A stretch of 14,268 nt of DNA from Candidatus Thorarchaeota archaeon (GCA_048882485.1 JBHLRP010000069.1:1-14268), one strand, 5' to 3'. Positions 1 to 7,570 are shown, counted from the stretch's first letter. Notes: generated by a model not told the origin, from the sequence alone. Numbers and translations are program-made.

Positions 1-96
1 GGGACAAGGATAGACATCGAGGAAAAGGCAGAAGGAGTCTGTGTCGTCTGCGGAAAGGTCGCCCAAGAAGTCGTCTATGTCGCCCGATCTTACTAA
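1..96 (+). CDS. proS: Prolyl-tRNA synthetase, archaeal/eukaryotic type, C-terminal end (partial; 5' part outside the window)
   Basis: Frame 1 translates to GTRIDIEEKAEGVCVVCGKVAQEVVYVARSY*, TAA at 94-96. The Zn-binding CxxCG followed by a terminal A-R-S-Y is the characteristic end of archaeal/eukaryote-type ProRS. Not in the ORF track. Confidence 0.88.
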   Translation, partial: GTRIDIEEKAEGVCVVCGKVAQEVVYVARSY

Positions 97-104
97 TATT
101 GAGT

Positions 105-141
105 TCTGGACCTAGCAATAGGTCCAGACTATATCCTTTTT
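105..141 (+). terminator. Stem-loop with GNRA tetraloop followed by a T-tract, downstream of proS
   Basis: TCTGGACCTA(105-114)-GCAA-TAGGTCCAGA(119-128) is a perfect 10-bp inverted repeat starting 8 nt after the proS stop; TTTTT at 137-141. Confidence 0.6.
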
Positions 142-164
142 CAATATGTTATCCCTCCAAGTAT

Positions 165-1166
165 ATGAAGGTGGCTTTGTTGAAGGTTCTAGTTCCCTAC
201 ACCGAGGAGTTGGCCAATGCAATCCAAGAAACTCTAGGAAACAGGGCTGTTGTTGTTCGTTCGGAGAGGACTGTTGAATCAATGCTTGAACATGCTCGAG
301 ATGCAGACATTGTGGTGTCTGGTCGGGTAGCCGCTGATTATATCCGTGAGGCTCCAAATCTGAAGATGATTCAAGCCCTAGGTGCTGGAATCGATAAGAT
401 TGATCGCCAAGCAGTCCTTGACAGAGGCGACATCATTGTCTGCAACAACCACATGAATGCAATGGAGGTTGCGGAATATGCGATTATGTTGCTGTTTGCA
501 GCAGCAAAGAACATCATTCTCAGTGACAGGGAGCTCCGAAAGGGTGACTGGATCTATGGTTTTGGTGGGCCAAATCCCAATGTGGAGATTCGAAACAAGA
601 CGTGTCTGATTATGGGACTGGGCAACATTGGAGCTGAGATAGCGAAGCGGTTGAAAGGCTTTGAACTCGAACTGAGAGCTGTGACGCGAAGCGGAGAAAG
701 CACTAATGCGGACCTTGTTGATGGCATAACTAGTCTACAAGAGATGAAGCCCTATGTGCAAGATGCTGACTTCATCATTCTTTCATTACCACTTACCCAT
801 AAGTCCCGCGGAATCATTGATAGTGAGGTCATCTCTTGGATGAAACCCTCTGCGATTCTCGTGAATATATCACGGGGAGAGATAGTAGATGAGGCTGCAC
901 TCTATCAAGCCTTGAAGGATAAGCAAATCCAAGCTGCTGGATTGGATGTCTGGTGGAACTACCCTCAATGGGGCAAGCCAGACATGAAAATGCCCTCCCT
1001 CAAATTCCCCTATCACGAGCTGGACAATGTCGTCATGTCGCCACATCGTGCAGCGTATTCTCTGAACACCCAGCAGGCTCATCTTGATTTCATTAGGGAA
1101 AATGTACTGCGATTTGTAAGTGGAGAGCGACCCCTCAATATTGTGGACATGAATCTGGGATACTGA
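165..1166 (+). CDS. D-isomer-specific 2-hydroxyacid dehydrogenase (glyoxylate reductase/SerA-like, NAD(P)-binding)
   Basis: GAGIDKID, VAEYA, Rossmann GLGNIG, LPLT, NISRGEIVDE (catalytic Arg), AGLDVW, SPHRA (catalytic His). Start moved to ATG 165 (MKVALL) because the TTG 99 extension runs through the hairpin. Confidence 0.92.
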   Translation: MKVALLKVLVPYTEELANAIQETLGNRAVVVRSERTVESMLEHARDADIVVSGRVAADYIREAPNLKMIQALGAGIDKIDRQAVLDRGDIIVCNNHMNAMEVAEYAIMLLFAAAKNIILSDRELRKGDWIYGFGGPNPNVEIRNKTCLIMGLGNIGAEIAKRLKGFELELRAVTRSGESTNADLVDGITSLQEMKPYVQDADFIILSLPLTHKSRGIIDSEVISWMKPSAILVNISRGEIVDEAALYQALKDKQIQAAGLDVWWNYPQWGKPDMKMPSLKFPYHELDNVVMSPHRAAYSLNTQQAHLDFIRENVLRFVSGERPLNIVDMNLGY

Positions 1167-1345
1167 CCGCGCCAAACCATCAGTTTTGCAGGTGCTTTTC
1201 AATGAAAATACAGACGGAAAACTAGGAGTAAGCTCCATCAAAATGAATCATCTGATGGATTTCACCGGAGAGGTGCCTCATAGTGACGGAGAGTCAGGTC
1301 TTTAAGGAGTATCTCAAAGCAGACAACAACTGCGACACAGGGGAT

Positions 1346-3544
1346 ATGAGAGTGAGTCTAGAGAGTCTTTCAGACATTCCAGGCGTTGGTGACAAGGTCA
1401 AAAAGGCCCTGGTTGATCATTTTGGCAGCGAGGCAGTGGCTCTAAAGGTAGTCACAGATTCACGTGTCGATCTAGTTTCAGCGGCTCCAGGAATCGGAAG
1501 CAGACAAGCTGTCAACATCGTGAAGGCTGCTTTCGAGGTGCAGTTTGGAGCGAGTGCCAACACCATACTCAGGAGCACTGATGTGAGGAAGATATACGAC
1601 TCAGTTGTAGGAATTATCCGTGGATATACCAATACGGACTATGCACGTCACAAGCTTATCCTCTACTTCCCTCTTCCCCCAGACAAGATTGATGTCATAA
1701 AGGAGCGCCAGAAGTACTTCTCAGATGCCATCGAGATGGCTTCCAATCTAAAAGAAGACCAGAAAGAGGCACTCAAGACCAATCTGGCTCAGGTTCGAGG
1801 TCTCTATCGAAGAGTGAAGCCACGTCGACTGGAAGGCAGAGTGATAATAACCAATGATGACAAGGTGTTCGACACACTTGTGAGTGAAGGAGTTGACAGA
1901 TGGTGTCCTGTCTACGTCCTTTCAGAGGGCGAAAACGCCGCTGACTATGCAAAGGGGTATGATCTTGTCCTGTTCATCTCGCCGTTAGGCATTTATGACG
2001 ACTCGGTAGACTTGCTCGATAATGTGGAGATTCTGGGTAAGGACTGGAAACTTGATGACCTACTTCCTGAACGGACTATAGGTTTCTATTCGCGGAACTA
2101 CAGAGTCATTGATGCAGCAGCCAAGCTTGCCAGTGCGTTTGATGCTATACCCTCCAATGCGTCTGTAGAAGAATTCGTCAAAAGCCTGGATATGGAGAGT
2201 CTGAAAGAGGCTGGCGAGATTCTAAAGAACATCAATGAAGATGGTGATCTGGCAGAAGGTATCGATCCCGAGTTGGACAGATACAGGAAGGCTGTGAAAG
2301 TATTTCCCACTGCAATTGCTGAAACCGAAGCTTGGTTGAATGAAGAAATAAAGAGCAGAGTTGCAAAGAGTGAGGTCACGCTAGGAGGAGAGCAGATCAT
2401 CAACATCCTTCAATCTGCAGATATGGAAGGGGCTGAAGGTAGCGCTCTCAGAAACATGCTACCCGCAGAGATTGTAGAAACGTTCACTACTGTAGTTCAG
2501 GAGGCTGAGGACAAACTCGTAGAGGAACTCGGTCTGACCATGAAGGAGGCTGACTGGGTCACTGGAGTAATTAGTGAAGAGATATCTCTCCCAATAAAGA
2601 CAGTTCCCACGCAAATAAACGACCTTGAGGATCGTCTTAGAAGGCTGTTTGCAGATCGTCAGTTTGGATTGATTAAGAGAGTTGCAGGCCAACTAGAGAA
2701 GCTGACGCCAGCAGTCACTGAGGCAGTCCAAACGTTGTTGGAGTATGACCTATTCCTCGCAGTGGGGCTTTTCGGTGTTGATTACAATCTTACTACTCCC
2801 AAGATTGGTCCAGAGTACAAGGGTGTGGGTGTTAAGGCCGCAAGGAACATGTTCCTAGCTGAAAGCGAGTTCAAAGGAAAGCATGGCAAGGTCCAACCCA
2901 TTGATTACGCAATAGGCGACACTCCTATCCAGCCAATTGGAACAAACGGTGAGAACTGCGCTATTCTTTCGGGAGCCAATAGTGGTGGAAAGACCACCAC
3001 GATTCAGACACTGGCTCAAATTGTCACCATGGCGCAAGCTGGGCTACCTGTTCCTGCAGCGGAAACCTATATGCCAGTCTTTGAGGAAATCTACTTCTTC
3101 TACAAGAGCCGTGGAATGGTAAGTGCTGGCGCCTTTGAAGCCACACTGAAGCAATTTGCCGAGATTGTGACATCAGAGAAGTCAAAGCTCGCTCTTTTTG
3201 ATGAAGTGGAGGCTATTACAGAACCTGGCAGTGCAGCCAACGTCATTGCAGGTTTGATTGAGATTCTACAAAAGGATTCCAAGAGCTGTACTGTACTCTG
3301 TAGTCACCTTGCTAAGGAGATAAGGGATGCCACGGAAGTCCCTGTGCGAATCGATGGTATTGAGGCACAAGGCCTAGATGAAGAGCTAGAGCTTGTGGTT
3401 GATAGAACGCCTCGCTTCGGGTATCTAGCACGAAGCACTCCTGAACTGATTGTTGAGCGACTCACGAAACTTTCTAAGGGCAGAAAGAGGGATGTCTACG
3501 CTACAATTCTTGAGAACCTGACTGGTTCCCGTGGTGACATCTAG
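1346..3544 (+). CDS. Archaeal MutS5-type (MutS2-like, no Smr domain) ATPase with N-terminal helix-hairpin-helix motifs
   Basis: Two HhH motifs (IPGVGDK, APGIGSR); MutS domain V ATPase with Walker A GANSGGKTT, MAQAGLPVPA, GAFE, Walker B LFDEVEAITEPG and CSH. No C-terminal Smr and no mismatch-binding domain I. Start is ambiguous: ATG 1346, or GTG 1283, which has GGAGAGGTG upstream. Confidence 0.88.
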   Translation: MRVSLESLSDIPGVGDKVKKALVDHFGSEAVALKVVTDSRVDLVSAAPGIGSRQAVNIVKAAFEVQFGASANTILRSTDVRKIYDSVVGIIRGYTNTDYARHKLILYFPLPPDKIDVIKERQKYFSDAIEMASNLKEDQKEALKTNLAQVRGLYRRVKPRRLEGRVIITNDDKVFDTLVSEGVDRWCPVYVLSEGENAADYAKGYDLVLFISPLGIYDDSVDLLDNVEILGKDWKLDDLLPERTIGFYSRNYRVIDAAAKLASAFDAIPSNASVEEFVKSLDMESLKEAGEILKNINEDGDLAEGIDPELDRYRKAVKVFPTAIAETEAWLNEEIKSRVAKSEVTLGGEQIINILQSADMEGAEGSALRNMLPAEIVETFTTVVQEAEDKLVEELGLTMKEADWVTGVISEEISLPIKTVPTQINDLEDRLRRLFADRQFGLIKRVAGQLEKLTPAVTEAVQTLLEYDLFLAVGLFGVDYNLTTPKIGPEYKGVGVKAARNMFLAESEFKGKHGKVQPIDYAIGDTPIQPIGTNGENCAILSGANSGGKTTTIQTLAQIVTMAQAGLPVPAAETYMPVFEEIYFFYKSRGMVSAGAFEATLKQFAEIVTSEKSKLALFDEVEAITEPGSAANVIAGLIEILQKDSKSCTVLCSHLAKEIRDATEVPVRIDGIEAQGLDEELELVVDRTPRFGYLARSTPELIVERLTKLSKGRKRDVYATILENLTGSRGDI

Positions 3545-3546
3545 AG

Positions 3547-4119
3547 TTGAAACGTATCCTTGTATTTGGTGACGCACATATCCCATCCAGAAGGGACTCG
3601 ATTCCCACTTCATTTTATGGTCACATTGAGAGTTCCGATTATGATTTAGCTCTCGTCACTGGAGATCTTGTACGTGAGAATGAAATGAGGGCTGCATTAC
3701 CAACTCTGCCCACATGCTATATTGTCCAAGGTAACATGGATTATGGAAGCGGATTTGACTTCCACAAACAAGTTCAAATTGACGATTTCAACATTCTTCT
3801 CATTCATGGTACTCAGCTCCGTCCTCGCGGCAACATCAAGCAGCTTGGAGAGATTGTCATGAATGTCAATGCTGATGTTGGCATTCACGGTCATACCCAT
3901 ACTCCTGCCATCGATGTGCATAATGGCCGACTCTTTCTCAATCCTGGAACCATCTCAGGTGCCACAGGGGGCTGGGCTGGAAGGGTTGATGCAAGCTTTA
4001 TGGAGTTGAAGATATCTGGCTCCCAAATGACAGTAGTCCTGCACCTAACTGACTGGCAAGTCACAAAGCAGTCAAGTCTTAGATTTGTCAAAGAGAATGA
4101 GGAGATTGTCCGTGGCTAG
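3547..4119 (+). CDS. Vps29-like / YfcE (MJ0936) family metallophosphoesterase
   Basis: Calcineurin-like motifs GDAHIP (D9,H11), TGD (D40), GNMD (N63), IHG (H87), GHTH (H116,H118) and NPG. GDxHIPxR and HGxQxxPxG are Vps29-type. TTG start 2 bp after the MutS stop. Confidence 0.9.
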   Translation: MKRILVFGDAHIPSRRDSIPTSFYGHIESSDYDLALVTGDLVRENEMRAALPTLPTCYIVQGNMDYGSGFDFHKQVQIDDFNILLIHGTQLRPRGNIKQLGEIVMNVNADVGIHGHTHTPAIDVHNGRLFLNPGTISGATGGWAGRVDASFMELKISGSQMTVVLHLTDWQVTKQSSLRFVKENEEIVRG

Positions 4120-4742
4120 CCATCGTCCCATGGATCTGGACTGAGAAGTCGCAGGAAGATGCGCTTGATGACGTTGGTACTTCCTGCCATGGCCATCTTG
4201 GTCACCTTGATTTTGATATCAGAATATCGAGATTCATCCAGATCCGTTGCCTTCGTAACACCAAACATTCGGAATAAATCAATCGCGTCAAGGTCCGAGA
4301 CGTAAGCTTTTAGATCCGGCATTGCGGCCCGAATGTCTTCTCCAGGATCAATGTCCCTGGTAAACTTGACTTTTGCAAAGAACATTGCCAGGGTCTTCTT
4401 CACAAGCTTGTCTTCTGGGCCTTCAGGCTCCATTTTAGCTACTAGTCCAAGTGACCCTGTTCTCAACTTTGTAGATATTATGTCTTGAACCTCTTCCGCT
4501 AGGCTTCGGTTCTGGCCAACAGCAATTCCTACATTGATCATGAGCATCCGGATACGGTCCAGTAGGATTCCTATTGAGGTTCCGACAATAGACTTTCCCC
4601 TCATAACTGCCTGCCATTCATAGAAAGCATCGCTAATCTCTTGAAGTCCCTTTCTCTGACTAGAGAGCCTCTTTAGGTCCTCATCTGGGATTATTGGACA
4701 CCAAATGGTCACACGGCCACTGTCAGAACCCGGGAGATTCAT
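4116..4742 (-). CDS. Hypothetical protein, predicted mainly alpha-helical
   Basis: Long ORF with normal protein composition and amphipathic helices; no recognisable motif. Start ATG 4742 or GTG 4799. Its stop shares the palindrome CTAG (4116-4119) with the stop of the Vps29-like gene. Confidence 0.7.
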   Translation of the reverse strand: MNLPGSDSGRVTIWCPIIPDEDLKRLSSQRKGLQEISDAFYEWQAVMRGKSIVGTSIGILLDRIRMLMINVGIAVGQNRSLAEEVQDIISTKLRTGSLGLVAKMEPEGPEDKLVKKTLAMFFAKVKFTRDIDPGEDIRAAMPDLKAYVSDLDAIDLFRMFGVTKATDLDESRYSDIKIKVTKMAMAGSTNVIKRIFLRLLSPDPWDDG

Positions 4743-4887
4743 CTTGGTCGTTCGGGCTAGATTGAAGAATATTATCAGTCTATCCGTAACATATCTCACC
4801 CCTCTTCGAAATCACAAATACTCTAATTGCGCAGTTCAGTTTATTTCTTAAAGGGATTTGATAGGCTTTTTCCAGGTTGTAATCTCA

Positions 4888-5160
4888 ATGCCCGTTAAGG
4901 TTAGGATTGAAGTGATAGACATTCTTGGAACTGGAGAATGTTCAATAGGACAAAAGGTAGGCGAGGTCTACAACTATCCAGAAGATCGCGGCAAGATGTG
5001 TCCTAGCTCTTTTCATTCTCTTATTCCTTGGATAATGGTAATGCAGTCAGGTGGAGAATACCCATTTTTCAAGGATGATGGTAATAGTGTGACCCTTGGC
5101 TGTCCAGACCATACGCATCAAGTAGTCTATAAGGTAACCAGAGAAATTGTCGAAGATTGA
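4888..5160 (+). CDS. TIGR04076 family small Cys protein
   Basis: V.IEV...G.C..G.KVGE, MCP...HS..P.I..MQSGG, CPD...VVYKVTR pattern typical of TIGR04076; ATG 4888 preferred over TTG 4858. Confidence 0.8.
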   Translation: MPVKVRIEVIDILGTGECSIGQKVGEVYNYPEDRGKMCPSSFHSLIPWIMVMQSGGEYPFFKDDGNSVTLGCPDHTHQVVYKVTREIVED

Positions 5161-5220
5161 ATACAATCCTTTGTCCTAGGTCGGAATGAATTTATCTTGG
5201 GATACTGTATTTCTTTAGGT

Positions 5221-5559
5221 ATGGTAGGGTATTCCCCGTCTGAATGGGATCATGAACCCACAGGCCGAGAATCAGATGATAGTGACTACGATGCAGATAC
5301 TGCAAACTATGATGATCTCGTCTGGCTGACAAAGAAAGCTGCCCGGTCGAAGCTTGAGAAATGGCGAAAGGAAAGAGCAAAGGCTGATGGAACGGAACCT
5401 ACCAACAATGATGTTGACGTCGAGAAGACCTGTCGGACCTGTTACTTCTGCTCATCACGTAGGGAATTCAACAAGGTTTTGTATGTGCGATGTACGAAAG
5501 AAGAACCCGAGTGGGTCATTGCACAGGACGACCTCCCATGTTGGAAACTGTTTGAATGA
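5221..5559 (+). CDS. Hypothetical small protein with C-terminal Cys cluster (CxxCxxC...C...C), putative Zn or Fe-S binding
   Basis: Acidic N-terminus, basic helix, then KTCRTCYFC...RC...PCW. ATG 5221 preferred over TTG 5197. Confidence 0.62.
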   Translation: MVGYSPSEWDHEPTGRESDDSDYDADTANYDDLVWLTKKAARSKLEKWRKERAKADGTEPTNNDVDVEKTCRTCYFCSSRREFNKVLYVRCTKEEPEWVIAQDDLPCWKLFE

Positions 5560-5584
5560 AACTGCATCTTAGGAGATACTCCTC

Positions 5585-5956
5585 ATGAATTCTGAAACCA
5601 ACTACAATATTGATACTGAGATTCATTTTGGTCCCTTGGAGCTGATTGACCTCCCGAAAATCATAGAAGGGTGTGATAAACGCTGGCAGAATCTTGGACT
5701 ATGTCTGGTGAATGACAGTGTCATCCGACTCGGAGTCATCGAAGGAGAGTTTCACTGGCATAAGCATGACATGGAGGACGAATTCTTCTATGTGATAGAT
5801 GGATGCCTTATTATTGATTTAGAAGATCAGACAGTCAAACTCAGTCCCCAGCAGGGCTTTGTAGTACCAAGAGGAACCAACCATCGCACAAGAGCACCTA
5901 AAAGAACAGCAATCTTGATGGTTGAAGGTAGCACGGTCAGACCCACAGGCGATTAG
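5585..5956 (+). CDS. Cupin domain protein (single cupin, RmlC-like)
   Basis: Cupin motif 1 GEFHWHKHDMEDEFFYVIDG and motif 2 GFVVPRGTNHR; AGGAG upstream of the ATG. Confidence 0.9.
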   Translation: MNSETNYNIDTEIHFGPLELIDLPKIIEGCDKRWQNLGLCLVNDSVIRLGVIEGEFHWHKHDMEDEFFYVIDGCLIIDLEDQTVKLSPQQGFVVPRGTNHRTRAPKRTAILMVEGSTVRPTGD

Positions 5957-5958
5957 TC

Positions 5959-6828
5959 ATGGTGTATGATATCAGAACCCTTAGAGAAACGGACAAAGAC
6001 GCCATCTTGGAAATAGCAAAGCATACCTGGGAGGGGCATGATTATCTTCCGTTTTCCTTTGAATCATGGCTGAATGACAGAAACTCGCACACCGCTGCAA
6101 TTGAACAGGATGGGCGAGTTATCGCCCTGGCAAACCTCAGGGTCATTGAGGATGGAAGGACAGGTTGGATGGAAGGTCTTCGTGTTCATCCAGATTATAG
6201 GGGAATGGGACTTGCAAAGCGGCTCACCAACCATGTGGTGCAGACTGCCATCAGTCTGAAGCTGGAACGAATCCGCTATACCACAGCTACTGACAACCTA
6301 GAATCCTTGCATCTTGGAGAATCAGTTGGCATGTCTAGGAAGTTCAATCTCGCAGTGTTTTGGTTTGAGAATCCTACTCAGGTGTCCTGGAGATCATCAA
6401 ATGAGGAGATCGTGTCAATTGATGCGAAGAGGCTTGCACTATTACTAGCTGAAACGAAACTACTGCCCTGTGGTGTCATTATATTGGATTGGAAAGCATT
6501 AGATGCAACCCCCGAATCATTAGAGAAGATTGGCCAATCAGCTCCGTTCTGCGCCACTTTACAGCATGGGAACATGACAGCTCTATCTATGGGATTCTCA
6601 CGTGAGTCTTCAGAAGGGAAGCAATGGCAGTTCACAGTATATGCGAAAAGCGAAAACGTGTTCCTCGACCATCTCTCTCACCAGTTAGTCCTAGCTACTG
6701 AAGAGAAGTGCAAATCAATCTTCTGCGCCTATCAGGAAGAATTCTCTCCCGTTATGCGTTCTCTCGAATGGACTAAAATCGAAAACGAAGAGGACTGGAC
6801 ACTAACCCTTCTAGAGAGAGTCTTGTGA
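5959..6828 (+). CDS. GNAT family N-acetyltransferase (NAT16/histidine acetyltransferase-like N-terminal domain plus a second, degenerate domain)
   Basis: GHDYLP..F..WL.D and EGLRVHPDYRGMGLA (acetyl-CoA motif A); 2 bp gap after the cupin gene. Confidence 0.88.
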   Translation: MVYDIRTLRETDKDAILEIAKHTWEGHDYLPFSFESWLNDRNSHTAAIEQDGRVIALANLRVIEDGRTGWMEGLRVHPDYRGMGLAKRLTNHVVQTAISLKLERIRYTTATDNLESLHLGESVGMSRKFNLAVFWFENPTQVSWRSSNEEIVSIDAKRLALLLAETKLLPCGVIILDWKALDATPESLEKIGQSAPFCATLQHGNMTALSMGFSRESSEGKQWQFTVYAKSENVFLDHLSHQLVLATEEKCKSIFCAYQEEFSPVMRSLEWTKIENEEDWTLTLLERVL

Positions 6829-6847
6829 AATGGCCATCGACCCAAAC

Positions 6848-6897
6848 CTTATTAACTATTGTGAATTTATTATAAACAGATTCTCTTCCTGTGGTGA
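6848..6897 (+). promoter_or_regulatory. Candidate archaeal TATA box(es) and ribosome-binding site for the PRC-barrel gene
   Basis: CTTATTAA (6848-6855), TTATAAA (6870-6876) and GGTGA (6893-6897), the last 4 nt before ATG 6902. Confidence 0.45.
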
Positions 6898-6901
6898 AAC
6901 T

Positions 6902-7570
6902 ATGGAGTCATCCAAATCGGTATGTTGCAAGGAAATCAAGAATATGGATGTCATGGATGCATCGGGCAAGAAGATTGGTCGGGTCCTCGACTTGACATTC
7001 ACTTTCGACGAATCACTCAAGCTGGCTCATTTCATCCTTGGTGGATCAAGGACCGAGGAATTTCTTGAAGCTATCAAACTCAAACCTGACGAAGATCCAG
7101 TGTTTGACTCCTCTTTAATCATGAAAGTAGATGATCATATCCATCTGAACACTTCTGTGAACAGTCTGAAGGCCTCCTATTCCAAAATCCTGGACAATGA
7201 GATCAGGTTCTCAGACCTACAGAAATTGGACATTTACGACAAAGACAACATAAAATTAGGACATGCCATAGATGTAGATTTCCAGTTGGATGGTCATACA
7301 GCTCTGATAGCCGGTGGGGGGTTCATAGAAGAGAAACTGGAGGCCATTGGCCTGAAAGATGATGTCGACATCATAATCCCCTTTGAGGTCATAGTTTCAA
7401 TCGATGAGTCGATTAAGCTTTCAGTTTCAAAGGATGAGCTTGATGCCAGTCTAGATGGTATTCTGAGAGAAAGGGCAGTTGAGATAAAGAAACAGAGACA
7501 GGCTGCTAAGACTCACAATCAAGCCAAGAAGCAACGAGTACGTGCCGTCTGGCCCTATGGACCTACATGA
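6902..7570 (+). CDS. Tandem PRC-barrel domain protein
   Basis: Two internal repeats with the PRC pattern: IKNMDVMDASGKKIGRVLD...GG..EEFLEAIKLK and LQKLDIYDKDNIKLGHAID...GG..EEKLEAIGLK...IIPFEVI. Start 6902 is supported by a GGTGA RBS. Confidence 0.85.
   Translation: MESSKSVCCKEIKNMDVMDASGKKIGRVLDLTFTFDESLKLAHFILGGSRTEEFLEAIKLKPDEDPVFDSSLIMKVDDHIHLNTSVNSLKASYSKILDNEIRFSDLQKLDIYDKDNIKLGHAIDVDFQLDGHTALIAGGGFIEEKLEAIGLKDDVDIIIPFEVIVSIDESIKLSVSKDELDASLDGILRERAVEIKKQRQAAKTHNQAKKQRVRAVWPYGPT

Noticed and set aside
99-164. N-terminal extension of the dehydrogenase from TTG 99
   Set aside because: It runs through the hairpin and T-tract and is not family-like; ATG 165 fits better.
4116-4140. C-terminal DPW as an AP-2 appendage-binding motif near a Vps29 homologue
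   Set aside because: A single tripeptide is expected by chance; eukaryotic DPW motifs act as multiple copies in disordered regions.
4775-4804. SD-like GAGGGGTGA followed by a tiny minus-strand uORF MLRID*
   Set aside because: Five codons with short SD spacing; cannot be told apart from chance or from the GTG 4799 start context.
6830-6901. N-terminal extension of the PRC-barrel ORF
   Set aside because: It covers AT-rich promoter-like sequence, and a GGTGA RBS precedes ATG 6902.
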